Positions 17,241-29,342 of a stretch of DNA of 64,000 nt are shown piece after piece. The DNA comes from an uncultured delta proteobacterium (GTDB lineage Bacteria > Myxococcota_A > Polyangia > Fen-1088). Under the pieces are notes generated by a model. It ran no database searches. It was not told the origin of the DNA and saw only the letters and a list, made by a program, of their open reading frames with translations. How positions within the stretch are numbered: the first letter of the stretch is position 1; each line of letters starts with the position of its first letter. The stretch covers positions 6,720 through 70,719 of the forward strand of contig CAVWUP010000019.1 in the NCBI GenBank assembly GCA_963758155.1. The letters are read 5' to 3'. A program made the position numbers and the translations under genes.

Positions 17241-17872
17241 GGAGCCGAATCGGCAAGGACCGCGCGGAAGCAAACCGGACCGCATGCTTCCCCGTTGGGC
17301 GTGTACGTCTCGTACGTCGCAACCTTCGTGATCGAGGCGACGGAGGCGCCAGACGGATCGGTGACGTCGAGGAGGAAGACGTCACCATCGGCATGGGTGG
17401 AAAGCTCGGCGTCCCAGGTGGCTTCTACCTGGAAGGCTCCGCTTTCGTTCCACAAGGTGATCGAAACACGATCGTCGCCACCCGGAGCGGGCAATGAGAG
17501 CGAGAGACCGACGCCGCCCCCCCATGACAGCAAGGATGTATCGAGGTTCGCGAGAGCTGCCGTGCCGCAGTTTTGGTTTCTGCAGAAGCGAACTTCGTAG
17601 ATTCGCGCTTGATCGAGACTGGTCGTCAGCGATTGCGTGCGCAACTCCGCGACCGTGCTGCACCCAACATTGGGGCAGGCGATAACACCGGATGGTTGCC
17701 CACCCGCGTCCAAGCCGGATGACCGCTCACCCGGATCCGAGGCATCTCGTCCATTGCCGCCGCAACCCAATCCTGCCGCGACAAGTGCGCAGAGAAGTCC
17801 GTGAGCAGATTGGGGGATCATGGCGAATTGGCTGCGCCCTTCGAATAGATGACGGTGGGTTTTCGGGGTCAT
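17237..17872 (-). CDS. hypothetical lipoprotein
   Basis: The signal peptide has a Cys-containing signal (LLCALVAAGLGCGGNG). There are no recognisable catalytic motifs. The start 17872 (MTPK...) is preceded by a weak AGGA; 17821 is an alternative. Confidence 0.5.
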   Translation of the reverse strand: MTPKTHRHLFEGRSQFAMIPQSAHGLLCALVAAGLGCGGNGRDASDPGERSSGLDAGGQPSGVIACPNVGCSTVAELRTQSLTTSLDQARIYEVRFCRNQNCGTAALANLDTSLLSWGGGVGLSLSLPAPGGDDRVSITLWNESGAFQVEATWDAELSTHADGDVFLLDVTDPSGASVASITKVATYETYTPNGEACGPVCFRAVLADSAP

Positions 17873-18261
17873 GTTGGGTCCTGAGGAAGCGAATGCCACA
17901 ACTGTCGATGTGGTCGAAACAGATCGGCCTCGACGTCTCCCAAGAGAAGCAAGAAGCAGTCCAGGTGGAGGAGTGGCTGCTCGGCCGCTAGATCTTCGCT
18001 CAAACGACGGGGCGTCGCCGCTGCCCGCGCCGTCATCGTCTCGGGCTTTGGTCTTTGGCGCGACAGAATTGTCCGACTCCCGTCGTGCGGTTGGAGGCCG
18101 AATGCAGCTCAGCCGCGGGTATGCTACTTGGGCAGCATGAGAATGGGAGCAATCTCGCTGTTCGCATGCGGCTGGCTCGCTGGTTGCGGTCAAACGCTGC
18201 TCGATCAGCTGACCAGCGGCTGCTGCTGCAGCACACTTACAACAAGCGGCGACCTACGGCT

Positions 18262-18996
18262 TCACAACGGCTGCGTCCGGCTGGCTGGCTCTCGGCACGC
18301 TTGATCGTCCTGAGCCGGCGAGATTGGTCCCGCCAGGTAGGGCGCGTCGAAGCGGCGGTGGTAGGCGCCATGCTTCTTGAGCTGGTGATTCCAGTAGTAA
18401 TTGATCAGCCCGAGGCCGCTGAGAAGGTGAATGATCGCACACGCCGTCCATCCGAAGGTTCTCGGGCTGGCCATGGTGCGAATCAATTCCGGCGAAAATC
18501 TTCCCTCTTGACCCAATCCCCTGCCGGCTTCGACGAAGAGGGCTTGGATTTTGGCGACTCTCTTGGGCGGCAACATCCGAATGCTTTCCACGCCCCCTTT
18601 GCGCAGGGTTCCCAGGTGAATGAACCCCAGGCGCTCGCACACGCGCGCCAAATACGCGCCTAAGGCTTCGGTGTGAATGCCCTCGGGGAACCCCGACTGG
18701 ATGACGAAGGCCACGCGCTTGCCTTGCAGCCGAGTCTTGTCCGCCAGGGCGATGGCTTCCAAGAATCCTTTCACCAGACCCGGCATGGAATCGGTGTACA
18801 GCGGGAAAGCGAACACCACCTCGTCGGCAGCGAGAAAGGCCTGGATGTTCGCCCCGCGCATAGGATCCGGCGCGACATCGACGATGGCTGGCGGGTCGAT
18901 GCCGGCTTGCTCCAGCCCTTGCGCGATCCACGACAGGATCTTGCGGGAATTGGCATCCTTGCCGCGGGGAGAGCCATTAAGCAGCAAGCGCGTCAC
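18262..18996 (-). CDS. NAD(P)H-dependent FMN reductase-like flavodoxin-fold oxidoreductase
   Basis: The N-terminal LLLNGSPRGKDANSRKIL is the typical FMN-reductase phosphate-binding loop. The GTG 18996 start is preceded by GAGGAGG at 6 nt and overlaps the upstream gene's stop by about 20 nt (translational coupling). Confidence 0.7.
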   Translation of the reverse strand: MTRLLLNGSPRGKDANSRKILSWIAQGLEQAGIDPPAIVDVAPDPMRGANIQAFLAADEVVFAFPLYTDSMPGLVKGFLEAIALADKTRLQGKRVAFVIQSGFPEGIHTEALGAYLARVCERLGFIHLGTLRKGGVESIRMLPPKRVAKIQALFVEAGRGLGQEGRFSPELIRTMASPRTFGWTACAIIHLLSGLGLINYYWNHQLKKHGAYHRRFDAPYLAGPISPAQDDQACREPASRTQPL

Positions 18997-19522
18997 GGGC
19001 GGCCTCCTCGACGGGGGTGGCGGTGGTTGCGAACAAACGGAACCGCGTGCGCGTGTTTCTGGAGAAGCGCTCGAAGAGTTCAAGCGTGAGGGCGAGATCC
19101 GCGTCGCTGTCTTCGGCCGTCGGCTCGACGATCACGCCCACATCGGCGTTGTACGGGTAGCGATGCCGGTGGTGGCATTCCCCATCCACCAGCTCGACGT
19201 AGGGGTGGGCGATGGGAATGAAGCGATCCTGCACTTTCTTGAGAAGCGCGCTGACGGTGCCCACCACCAGGGGACTGGCCCACAGTACGAGATCCGCGCG
19301 GACCATCTTGGGATAGATGTCGGCCATGTCGTCCCTGTGCGCGCACAGGCCGGGGGTTTTCCACCAACAGCTCCAGCAGCCGACACAGTAGCGCAGGTTC
19401 AGATCGCGCAAGTCGATGCGCTCGGCCGCGTGGCCCTGCAGGCGCAAGGCCTGTGTGAATCGAGCGAGGTAGTCGTCGAAGCCTGATGGCTTGGGATTTC
19501 CGTTCAGGATCAAACAGTGCAT
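18977..19522 (-). CDS. flavodoxin-fold NAD(P)H-dependent oxidoreductase (iron-sulfur flavoprotein-like, Cys cluster CVGCWSCWWKTPGLC)
   Basis: The N-terminal MHCLILNGNPKPSG loop and the Cys cluster in place of the usual redox-partner loop identify the family. It is the first gene of a 2-gene operon divergent from a TetR. Confidence 0.65.
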   Translation of the reverse strand: MHCLILNGNPKPSGFDDYLARFTQALRLQGHAAERIDLRDLNLRYCVGCWSCWWKTPGLCAHRDDMADIYPKMVRADLVLWASPLVVGTVSALLKKVQDRFIPIAHPYVELVDGECHHRHRYPYNADVGVIVEPTAEDSDADLALTLELFERFSRNTRTRFRLFATTATPVEEAARDALAA

Positions 19523-19540
19523 GGCAACCTCCCTGGCATG

Positions 19541-19600
19541 GAACCAATGTTGACAGTGTCTACATTGATGTAGATCTGAATGTTGACGGTGTCAACATAA
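19541..19600. promoter_or_regulatory. putative TetR operator: two 19-bp direct repeats containing short inverted repeats, in the divergent TetR/flavodoxin-pair intergenic region
   Basis: The repeats AATGTTGACAGTGTCTACAT and AATGTTGACGGTGTCAACAT have 2 mismatches and start 33 bp apart. The inner palindromes are TCTACATTGATGTAGA and TGTTGAC-GGT-GTCAACA. Confidence 0.4.
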
Positions 19601-19616
19601 AAGCTACAATGGCCGT

Positions 19617-20246
19617 GTGCCCAAGAAACGGAGCTACCACCATCCCGATTTGCGACAGGCGCTCCTCGACGGCGCGGTGCGCCTGATCAAGGAGGAAGGG
19701 ATGCGCGATTTTTCCTTGCGCAGGCTCGCCGCCCAGGTCGGGGTCAGCCACGCCGCCCCCTATCGGCATTTCGACAACAAGGAAGCCATCCTGGCCACCT
19801 TGATGCTGGAGGGGCACAAGCGGCTGAGGACCAGCCTGCTCGACGCGCGGGCGCGGTGCTCGGACAAGGCCATCGACCGGTTGATCGCGCTCGCCCAGGC
19901 CTACATGGAATTCGCGCGCAAGAACGCGGAATACCTCACCGTGATGTTCTCCAAGGAGGGGATGGCCGCGGCCATGGCCGTCGGGGAGAAGCTGGAATTC
20001 CACCAGGAGGACTACGATTCCTTCGGCGTGCTGGAGACCACGGTGTCGGAGTGCCAGGCCGAGGGCTCGATGGATCCCCACGCGGACAGGGGCGCGCTCA
20101 GCCTGCACGCCTGGGCCGAGGTGCACGGCCTGGCCCTGCTGCGCAACGAAGGCATGATTGCACTCATGTCCGAGATGCGCGGGGGAAAAGAGTCGAGCAC
20201 GCTCGACGCGATCTTCGCGATCATACGGGCGCGATTCAAGCGATGA
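19617..20246 (+). CDS. TetR/AcrR-family transcriptional regulator
   Basis: The N-terminal HTH is LRQALLDGAVRLIKEEGMRDFSLRRLAAQVGVSHAAPYRHFDNKEAIL. It is transcribed divergently from the flavodoxin-fold pair, with two 19-bp direct repeats in the shared intergenic region. Confidence 0.85.
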   Translation: MPKKRSYHHPDLRQALLDGAVRLIKEEGMRDFSLRRLAAQVGVSHAAPYRHFDNKEAILATLMLEGHKRLRTSLLDARARCSDKAIDRLIALAQAYMEFARKNAEYLTVMFSKEGMAAAMAVGEKLEFHQEDYDSFGVLETTVSECQAEGSMDPHADRGALSLHAWAEVHGLALLRNEGMIALMSEMRGGKESSTLDAIFAIIRARFKR

Positions 20247-20250
20247 GGGA

Positions 20251-23382
<3,132 letters not shown>

Positions 23383-23385
23383 TGA

Positions 23386-24411
23386 CTAGTCCTTGGGCGA
23401 GCGCACGTGCTTCTTGATCTTGCCGGTGTCGGTGGTCGTGAGGGCTGCGGCGCCGCGCGGGCGCAAGGTGACCTCGGCATAGAGGCCGGAGCGCAGGCTG
23501 TGATCGCGGTTGGGGATCTCCACGATGGCGGAGAAGGTGCGGGTGTGCGGATCGGACGATGGCACCACGCGGGTCAGGCGCAGATCCAGCTCCTGGCCCG
23601 TGGCGGGCAGGCGCACGTGTACGGGCGAGCCCGCTGCGACCTGGGCCATATCAGTCGAGGGCACCTGGATGCGCAGGTCGACCGGATCGATCTCCTCAAT
23701 GGTGACAAGCGGCGTGGCTGGCATGACCGAGGCGTATTCGCCCTCGTTGACGAAACGTTTGACCACCAGGCCATCAAAGGGCGCGCGTACCACCGAGTCG
23801 TTCAAGGCCTTTCTGGCCATGGCCACCGCGGTCTCGGCCGCAGCCAGCCCGGCCTTGGCGCCCTTGTAGCGGGCATCGATCATGTCGAACTGGCTCTGCG
23901 GGACAGCCTTTTCCGCCAACAACGACTTGAGGCGATCCCAGTCCAGCTTGGCCGCGTCGAGCTGGACCTTGGCGCCGTCGCGCGCGGCATTGGCCTGCTG
24001 CGCGCGCAGGAGAAAGTCGCGCGTGTCGAGTGTCACCAGGGGCTGGTTTTGCTTGACCACGTCGCCCTCGCGCACGTGCACGTGCGTGACCGCACTCGAC
24101 ACCTTGGGCGTTAGAGTGCTCTTGCGGTGGGCCTCGGTCGTGCCGGACAGGAAGGGGCTGGCACTTCCCGCCGAAGACGCGGACGGATCCGCAGCGGGCG
24201 CTGGCGCGGACGCAGGAGCGGGTGTCGCGGGGGCAGGCGTCGCGGGCTTGGGCGCGGCTGGTTGGGCTGCACTCGGCTGGGGCAGACGAGCCACATCGGA
24301 ATTGCCCTGGCACGAGACCGTGGCCAGAACGAAGAACACAACGAAGAGTGGGCGAGCGGTCATGAGGAACCTCGGTTGTGGGGTGGGGCGAAGGGAAACT
24401 GTGCGAGTCAT
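23386..24411 (-). CDS. RND efflux periplasmic adaptor (membrane fusion protein, HlyD/AcrA family) lipoprotein
   Basis: Lipoprotein signal FVVFFVLATVSC, coiled-coil hairpin and beta-barrel segments. ATG 24411 overlaps the TolC-like stop (ATGA); internal ATG 24363 with GAGG RBS is an alternative start. Confidence 0.85.
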   Translation of the reverse strand: MTRTVSLRPTPQPRFLMTARPLFVVFFVLATVSCQGNSDVARLPQPSAAQPAAPKPATPAPATPAPASAPAPAADPSASSAGSASPFLSGTTEAHRKSTLTPKVSSAVTHVHVREGDVVKQNQPLVTLDTRDFLLRAQQANAARDGAKVQLDAAKLDWDRLKSLLAEKAVPQSQFDMIDARYKGAKAGLAAAETAVAMARKALNDSVVRAPFDGLVVKRFVNEGEYASVMPATPLVTIEEIDPVDLRIQVPSTDMAQVAAGSPVHVRLPATGQELDLRLTRVVPSSDPHTRTFSAIVEIPNRDHSLRSGLYAEVTLRPRGAAALTTTDTGKIKKHVRSPKD

Positions 24412-25811
24412 AGGGCGCGGCCTTCGAGAGGGTTTTGCTGGCCGATGGCGCGGGCCAGGTTGGACTGGGCGATGAGGTAGTCGTAGCTGGCGGCCTGCAA
24501 CTGGCCGCGCGCGGTGGTGAGCTGGTTTTCCGCGTCGAGCACGTCGAACGAAGTGTTGTCCGTGCTTTCGTAGCGTTTCTGTTCGATGCGGAAGTTTTCT
24601 TCGGCCTGCTCGACGGCATGGCGGGCGACCGCCAGGGCTTCAGCCGCCGTGGTCACGTTGACGTGGGCGCTGCGCGTTTCCAGGCGGATGGCATTTTCGG
24701 CCTTGCGCCGGGCGGCCAGGGCCTGGGCCAGGCGCGCCTTGGCTTCGTCGATTCCATAATAGGTACCGCCGCCTTCCCAGATGTCCCAGGACGCGGTGGC
24801 GCCGATGAACCAGATGTCCTGCTTGGGGGCGAAAATCGTGGCCGGCGACGAGTGGGTGTAGTTCGCCACAGCGTTCACCTGGGGCAGCATCTTCGACTTG
24901 GCCAGGCTCTCGGCTGCGCGGGCCTGCTCGGTCTGGGCCGCGATTTCCTTCATCTCCAATCGGTCAGCCACAGCGCGATCTTCGGCTTGCGCGGCGGGAA
25001 TCACGGGCCCGATGGTCACGTCCGCGATCGAATCCGTGGGCTCGATGGCCGCGTCGGGGGCCAGTCCCATCAGCGTCGCCAGGCGGCCACGCGCCAGAAC
25101 CACGGCGCCGTTGGCCTGGATGAGGCGCTGCTGGGCCGCGGCCAGGCCGAGTTCGGCGCGGAGCACATCGTTGCGGCCCACGGTTCCTGCTCGGTAGAAA
25201 GATTGCGCGCGCTTGACCTGCGCGTCGATGTTCTCGACCGACTTTTGCGCCACATCGACCAGACGCATGGCCTGCAGAACGCGGTAGTAGGCCTCGGTCA
25301 CCTGGAAGGCGACGTCGCGGCGGGTGGCTTTGCGTTGCAGCCCAGCCAGGTCCACGCCCATCTTGCGCAGGGCATAGCCCTCATTGATGGTCCACAGCGA
25401 GGCGATCGGTTGCGCGACTGTGAAAGATGCCGACCAGGTGGTTTGCGCGCGGAATTCAATAGTCTTGTCGAGGTCCGACTGGATCGGCAGTTGCGGATTG
25501 TTCGGGTCGCGAATAGTTCTCCACCCACACGTCGGGCAAACTTGGAACACAGGACCGAACAGGTTCGCACCGAGCGGACTGTCCCATCTCTGGATGCCCG
25601 CATCGAGGTGCAGCCGCGGTCCGAAGGCGCCGCGCGCGCTATTCTTCTGCGCGGTCGTCGCGTCCACCTCCAGGTTTGCGCTGGCGATGTCGGGATTGCC
25701 CTGCAAGGCCACATCAATACACTTGGCCAGGGTCATGGGTTCAGCGGCCGCAGTCCCGACTGCCAACAGCGACAGCGCGAACACCGTGATGGTAATCTTT
25801 GTGGCCCTCAT
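24408..25811 (-). CDS. TolC-like outer membrane efflux protein (OMF family)
   Basis: Signal MRATKITITVFALSLLAVGTAAA. Tandem coiled-coil/beta-barrel repeats characteristic of OMF. Overlaps the TetR stop (coupled). Confidence 0.85.
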   Translation of the reverse strand: MRATKITITVFALSLLAVGTAAAEPMTLAKCIDVALQGNPDIASANLEVDATTAQKNSARGAFGPRLHLDAGIQRWDSPLGANLFGPVFQVCPTCGWRTIRDPNNPQLPIQSDLDKTIEFRAQTTWSASFTVAQPIASLWTINEGYALRKMGVDLAGLQRKATRRDVAFQVTEAYYRVLQAMRLVDVAQKSVENIDAQVKRAQSFYRAGTVGRNDVLRAELGLAAAQQRLIQANGAVVLARGRLATLMGLAPDAAIEPTDSIADVTIGPVIPAAQAEDRAVADRLEMKEIAAQTEQARAAESLAKSKMLPQVNAVANYTHSSPATIFAPKQDIWFIGATASWDIWEGGGTYYGIDEAKARLAQALAARRKAENAIRLETRSAHVNVTTAAEALAVARHAVEQAEENFRIEQKRYESTDNTSFDVLDAENQLTTARGQLQAASYDYLIAQSNLARAIGQQNPLEGRAL

Positions 25812-26446
25812 TTCTTCTTGCCTCCCGCTTTGGAATTTCCCGACACGCCATGAAAAAAGAAGTCGCGCACCAGGGGCGCGCGGTCGGCCAGACTGCCCTG
25901 CTCTGACCGGGCCACCCAGCCGTGCAGCAGGCCGAATACCATGCCGACCAGCAGGCGCGCCACCAGCTCTGGATCGTGACCGCCCAGCTCCTCGGGCTTG
26001 GCGTTCCTCTTTATCCAGTCAGCCAGGCCGAGGATGCGACGCTCGAAGTTTTCATGAAAGGATTGACCGTGGCTGTCGCCCGGACAATGGCCGCTCTCGG
26101 CCTCGGCGGAGTGAAAGGTGAGCATCAACGCACGCCGCTTCTCGATCAATTCAAGGTGTCGCACCAGCAGGATCTCGAAGCGCTGCGGGAAGGTCAGATT
26201 GCTGGGCAACGGCTGCTCGAACACCTGCAGGAACTCGGTCGTGAGTTGGTCGAGCACGGCCTCCACGATCTCCTGTTTGCTGCGAAAATAGGTGTAGAGC
26301 GAGGCCGCCGTGTAGCCAGCCTCGGCCGCGATGTCCTGCATGGTGGCGTCGTGCACGCCGATTTGCACGAAGGCCCGGCTGGCCGCCTCCACAATGTCCT
26401 CGCGCGTGCGCGCGATCTCCCGTTCACGTCTTTGGGGTGCCTTCAT
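25808..26446 (-). CDS. TetR/AcrR-family transcriptional regulator, first gene of the efflux operon
   Basis: HTH IVEAASRAFVQIGVHDATMQDIAAEAGYTAASLYTYFRSKQEIV. The palindrome CCGAATGACCATTCGG lies in its upstream region. Confidence 0.85.
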   Translation of the reverse strand: MKAPQRREREIARTREDIVEAASRAFVQIGVHDATMQDIAAEAGYTAASLYTYFRSKQEIVEAVLDQLTTEFLQVFEQPLPSNLTFPQRFEILLVRHLELIEKRRALMLTFHSAEAESGHCPGDSHGQSFHENFERRILGLADWIKRNAKPEELGGHDPELVARLLVGMVFGLLHGWVARSEQGSLADRAPLVRDFFFHGVSGNSKAGGKKK

Positions 26447-26490
26447 CTTTGTTGCCCTTAGCTCGCGCCGGCGAACTTGTATTCAGTGTG

Positions 26491-26506
26491 CCGAATGACC
26501 ATTCGG
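26491..26506. promoter_or_regulatory. palindrome CCGAATGACCATTCGG upstream of the efflux-operon TetR (candidate autoregulatory operator) in the divergent promoter region with the cytochrome operon
   Basis: 7-bp arms with a 2-nt spacer. A second palindrome CTGAATGTCAGTTCAG lies ~30 bp downstream. Confidence 0.35.
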
Positions 26507-26549
26507 CTGTCAATCTGAATTATTCGGTCTCCTGAATGTCAGTTCAGAC

Positions 26550-27110
26550 GTGCCGGGCCACCCAATCGGCCGCCGACGTTGTAAAGTGCGGACGTCCGCC
26601 GTGTCATGCGCTCGCCGAAGATCCGTCCTGCTCATCGCCGCCGTGGCTTTGTTCTCCGGCGTCGCGGCTGCGCGTCGTGGTCCCGCCGTGGGCACGCGAC
26701 CGCCCCTGCCCATGAGCCACAAGCGCCACATGGAAAAGGATATGAGGTGCCGAGCCTGCCACCAGGGCGTGGAGGGCGAGGCCATGGCGTCGTTTCCGAC
26801 GCTGGCCGATTGCATGGACTGCCACAAGACGCCGCAGGGCCAGGAGCCCGCCGAGCCCGAGGTGCGCGCCCTGGCGGCCCACGGGCAAGAAGTCTTGTGG
26901 GTGCGACGCAACCACTTGGCCGGGCATGTGTACTTTTCGCACGCGGCGCACGTGACCTTGGCTCACATGAAATGCGAGGATTGTCATCGCGACATGCGCA
27001 CGATGGATCGCGCCTTGACCGAGCCCGACGTACACCAGGACATGCGGGCCTGCGTCGCCTGTCATCGCGCCAAACACGCCAGCCTGGACTGCCTGGCCTG
27101 CCACAAGTGA
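26550..27110 (+). CDS. periplasmic pentaheme c-type cytochrome (ActA/NrfB-like size class)
   Basis: Five CxxCH motifs: CRACH, CMDCH, CEDCH, CVACH, CLACH. The signal peptide is RRRSVLLIAAVALFSGVAAA. The start is ATG 26550 or one of two in-frame GTGs. Confidence 0.8.
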   Translation: MPGHPIGRRRCKVRTSAVSCARRRSVLLIAAVALFSGVAAARRGPAVGTRPPLPMSHKRHMEKDMRCRACHQGVEGEAMASFPTLADCMDCHKTPQGQEPAEPEVRALAAHGQEVLWVRRNHLAGHVYFSHAAHVTLAHMKCEDCHRDMRTMDRALTEPDVHQDMRACVACHRAKHASLDCLACHK

Positions 27111-27113
27111 TGC

Positions 27114-29342
27114 ATGAGTCGATTCGGCCGACGTGAACTTCTGGGTGGCGCTGCGCTGGCGGGCGCCGCGGCTTGGGGCTGTCGCCCGGGCAAGGATCGC
27201 TACCGCATCGACAAGCCGCCGCTGCCAGGCAGCCGTCCCGGCGAGGAGCGCTGGGTTCTCTCCACCTGCGCCCTGTGCAACGCGGGTTGCGGGATCAAGG
27301 TGCGCGTGGTGGAGGGCAGGGCGGTCAAGATCGAAGGCAACCCGGATCACCCGGTGAACCGCGGCGGTCTGTGCAGCCGCGGCCAGGCGGCGCTGCAGGC
27401 GCTGTACAACTCGCAGCGCGTGCATGCGCCCCTGCGGCGGCTGGGCGATCGCGGTGACGGTTCGTGGAAGCTGATTTCGTGGGACGAAGCCATCGGTGAA
27501 ATCGTGACCAAGCTGGGCAAGCTGCGCGCCGCTGGCCATCCCGAACGGCTGGTGTTGATCGACGGCGAAGCAGGCACGTTCACCCACGTGCTTTGGACGC
27601 GTTTCCTGTCGGCGTTCGGCAGCCCGAACCACATTGGAATGGGATCGGCTCGCGCCGCGGGCGTCAAGTTGGCCAGCCTCTACACGACGGGCAGTTACGG
27701 TCTGCCCGCGCACGATCTGGCCCGGGCGCGGGTCGTGCTGGCCTTTGGTGCGGAACAGATCGAATCGTCGGGCCAGACCATGCAGTTCATGCGCGCGGCC
27801 AGCGCGTTTGAGCGCCCACGCGTGATCTGCGTGTCGCCGCGCCGGCCGAGCTGCCGTTGCGATGAATGGATCCCGATTGCGCCCGGAACCTACGGCGCGC
27901 TGGCGTTGTCACTGACCCATGTGCTGGTTCGCGATGGCCTCATCGACCGGGACTTCGTCCGCGATTTCGTCTCAGGCTTTTCCACGGGGCGCGACCGAGC
28001 CGGTGTCGAGCAGCCAGGATTCGAGGCGTTGGTTCGCGCGGGGTATGCGCCGGACAGGACACAAGAAGTGACGGGCATTCCGGCAGCCACAGTCGAGCGG
28101 CTGGCGCACGATCTCGCAAAACAGCGCCCCGTGGTAGTTACCGGCGACGGTAGCGCAACGGCGGCGAGCAATGGACTGGCCACGGGTATGTCCATCGCTG
28201 CGCTCAATGTGCTGCTGGGAAACTCGGACCAAGGCGGAGTCGCGGGACCGCGTGAGATCGCTGTTCCGAAATGGGAGGCGCCCATTGTCGATGCGGTCGC
28301 AGCCGCCGGCAGCTCGGCCCCACGCATCGACGGCGCAGGCACGGCGGCTTGCCCGCTGGGGCGCGGTCGCGTGCAAGCCGTTCCCGCGGCCATCACACAG
28401 TCCAGTCCCTATCCCGTCGAGGCGCTGTTTCTGCACGGCACAGATCCGCTGGCCGCGCTGCCAGGACGGAAGGCCTGGCATACGGCGCTCCAGCGAGTGC
28501 CTTTCTTGGTGCGATTCGCCTCGTGGCTCGACGACAGCGCCCGCGGGGCGGACCTGGTGTTGCCCGAGTCTCTGCCTCTCGAGGCATTGGACATAGTCCA
28601 GCTCGCGGCGGATTCGGGCGAGCCCATGCTCAGCTTGCGCCAGCCCGTGGTGGCGCCCTTGTCAGGCACGCGGCAGGCGGGCGACGTCATTGTCGCTCTT
28701 GCTGCTGGACTTGGCGGATCAGTCGGCCGCTCGCTGCCGTGGAAGAGCTACGCAGACGCTGTGGCAAAATCGCTGTCAGCGGAAACCTTGGCTGACATGA
28801 AAGGAAAGGGCGGCCAGTGGAACGAGGCCAAGACCGACCTGCCTCCGCGCAAGTTCGAGATCGGCTCGCAGGCGATCGCGTCGCGCATGGCCGGCTTTCC
28901 CGACGCTGCGATGGCAGCACAGGCCTGGCCGTGCAAGGGATTGCCCCCCTGGGAGCCGCCCCGATTTTCCGGCGACCCGCGAAGGTTCCCCTTGCAACTT
29001 GTCCCTTACCGGCCGGTTCAGTTTGTCGAAGATGGCGGGCCGTTTTTGTCTTGGCTAGGTGAGCTGCCGCTGGTCTCGGGCAATCCATGGCCGCTGCGCG
29101 CGGAGATCAATCCTGCCGATGCTGCGCGCCTCGGTGTGGCCGACGGAGACCAGGTGCTGGTTCAATCTTCGATTGGCACCTGCCCGGCCATCGCGCAGGT
29201 CAGCGACGGTGTCTGCGTGGGCGCGGTGGCCATGGCCTTGGGCCCGGGCGGGGTTGCCGATCTGGTGGTGTCCGACGAAGACCGCTGGTCAGGCGTGCTG
29301 GCCTGGCAAGGCACGCGCGTGCGCGTGAAGAAGATGTCATGA
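27114..29342 (+). CDS. TAT-exported molybdopterin (Mo/W-bisPGD) oxidoreductase-family large subunit (PsrA/QrcB/ActB1-like)
   Basis: Twin-arginine signal MSRFGRRELLGGAALAGAAAWG. N-terminal 4Fe-4S motif CALCNAGC...C. 742 aa. The stop overlaps the next ATG (ATGA). Confidence 0.85.
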   Translation: MSRFGRRELLGGAALAGAAAWGCRPGKDRYRIDKPPLPGSRPGEERWVLSTCALCNAGCGIKVRVVEGRAVKIEGNPDHPVNRGGLCSRGQAALQALYNSQRVHAPLRRLGDRGDGSWKLISWDEAIGEIVTKLGKLRAAGHPERLVLIDGEAGTFTHVLWTRFLSAFGSPNHIGMGSARAAGVKLASLYTTGSYGLPAHDLARARVVLAFGAEQIESSGQTMQFMRAASAFERPRVICVSPRRPSCRCDEWIPIAPGTYGALALSLTHVLVRDGLIDRDFVRDFVSGFSTGRDRAGVEQPGFEALVRAGYAPDRTQEVTGIPAATVERLAHDLAKQRPVVVTGDGSATAASNGLATGMSIAALNVLLGNSDQGGVAGPREIAVPKWEAPIVDAVAAAGSSAPRIDGAGTAACPLGRGRVQAVPAAITQSSPYPVEALFLHGTDPLAALPGRKAWHTALQRVPFLVRFASWLDDSARGADLVLPESLPLEALDIVQLAADSGEPMLSLRQPVVAPLSGTRQAGDVIVALAAGLGGSVGRSLPWKSYADAVAKSLSAETLADMKGKGGQWNEAKTDLPPRKFEIGSQAIASRMAGFPDAAMAAQAWPCKGLPPWEPPRFSGDPRRFPLQLVPYRPVQFVEDGGPFLSWLGELPLVSGNPWPLRAEINPADAARLGVADGDQVLVQSSIGTCPAIAQVSDGVCVGAVAMALGPGGVADLVVSDEDRWSGVLAWQGTRVRVKKMS

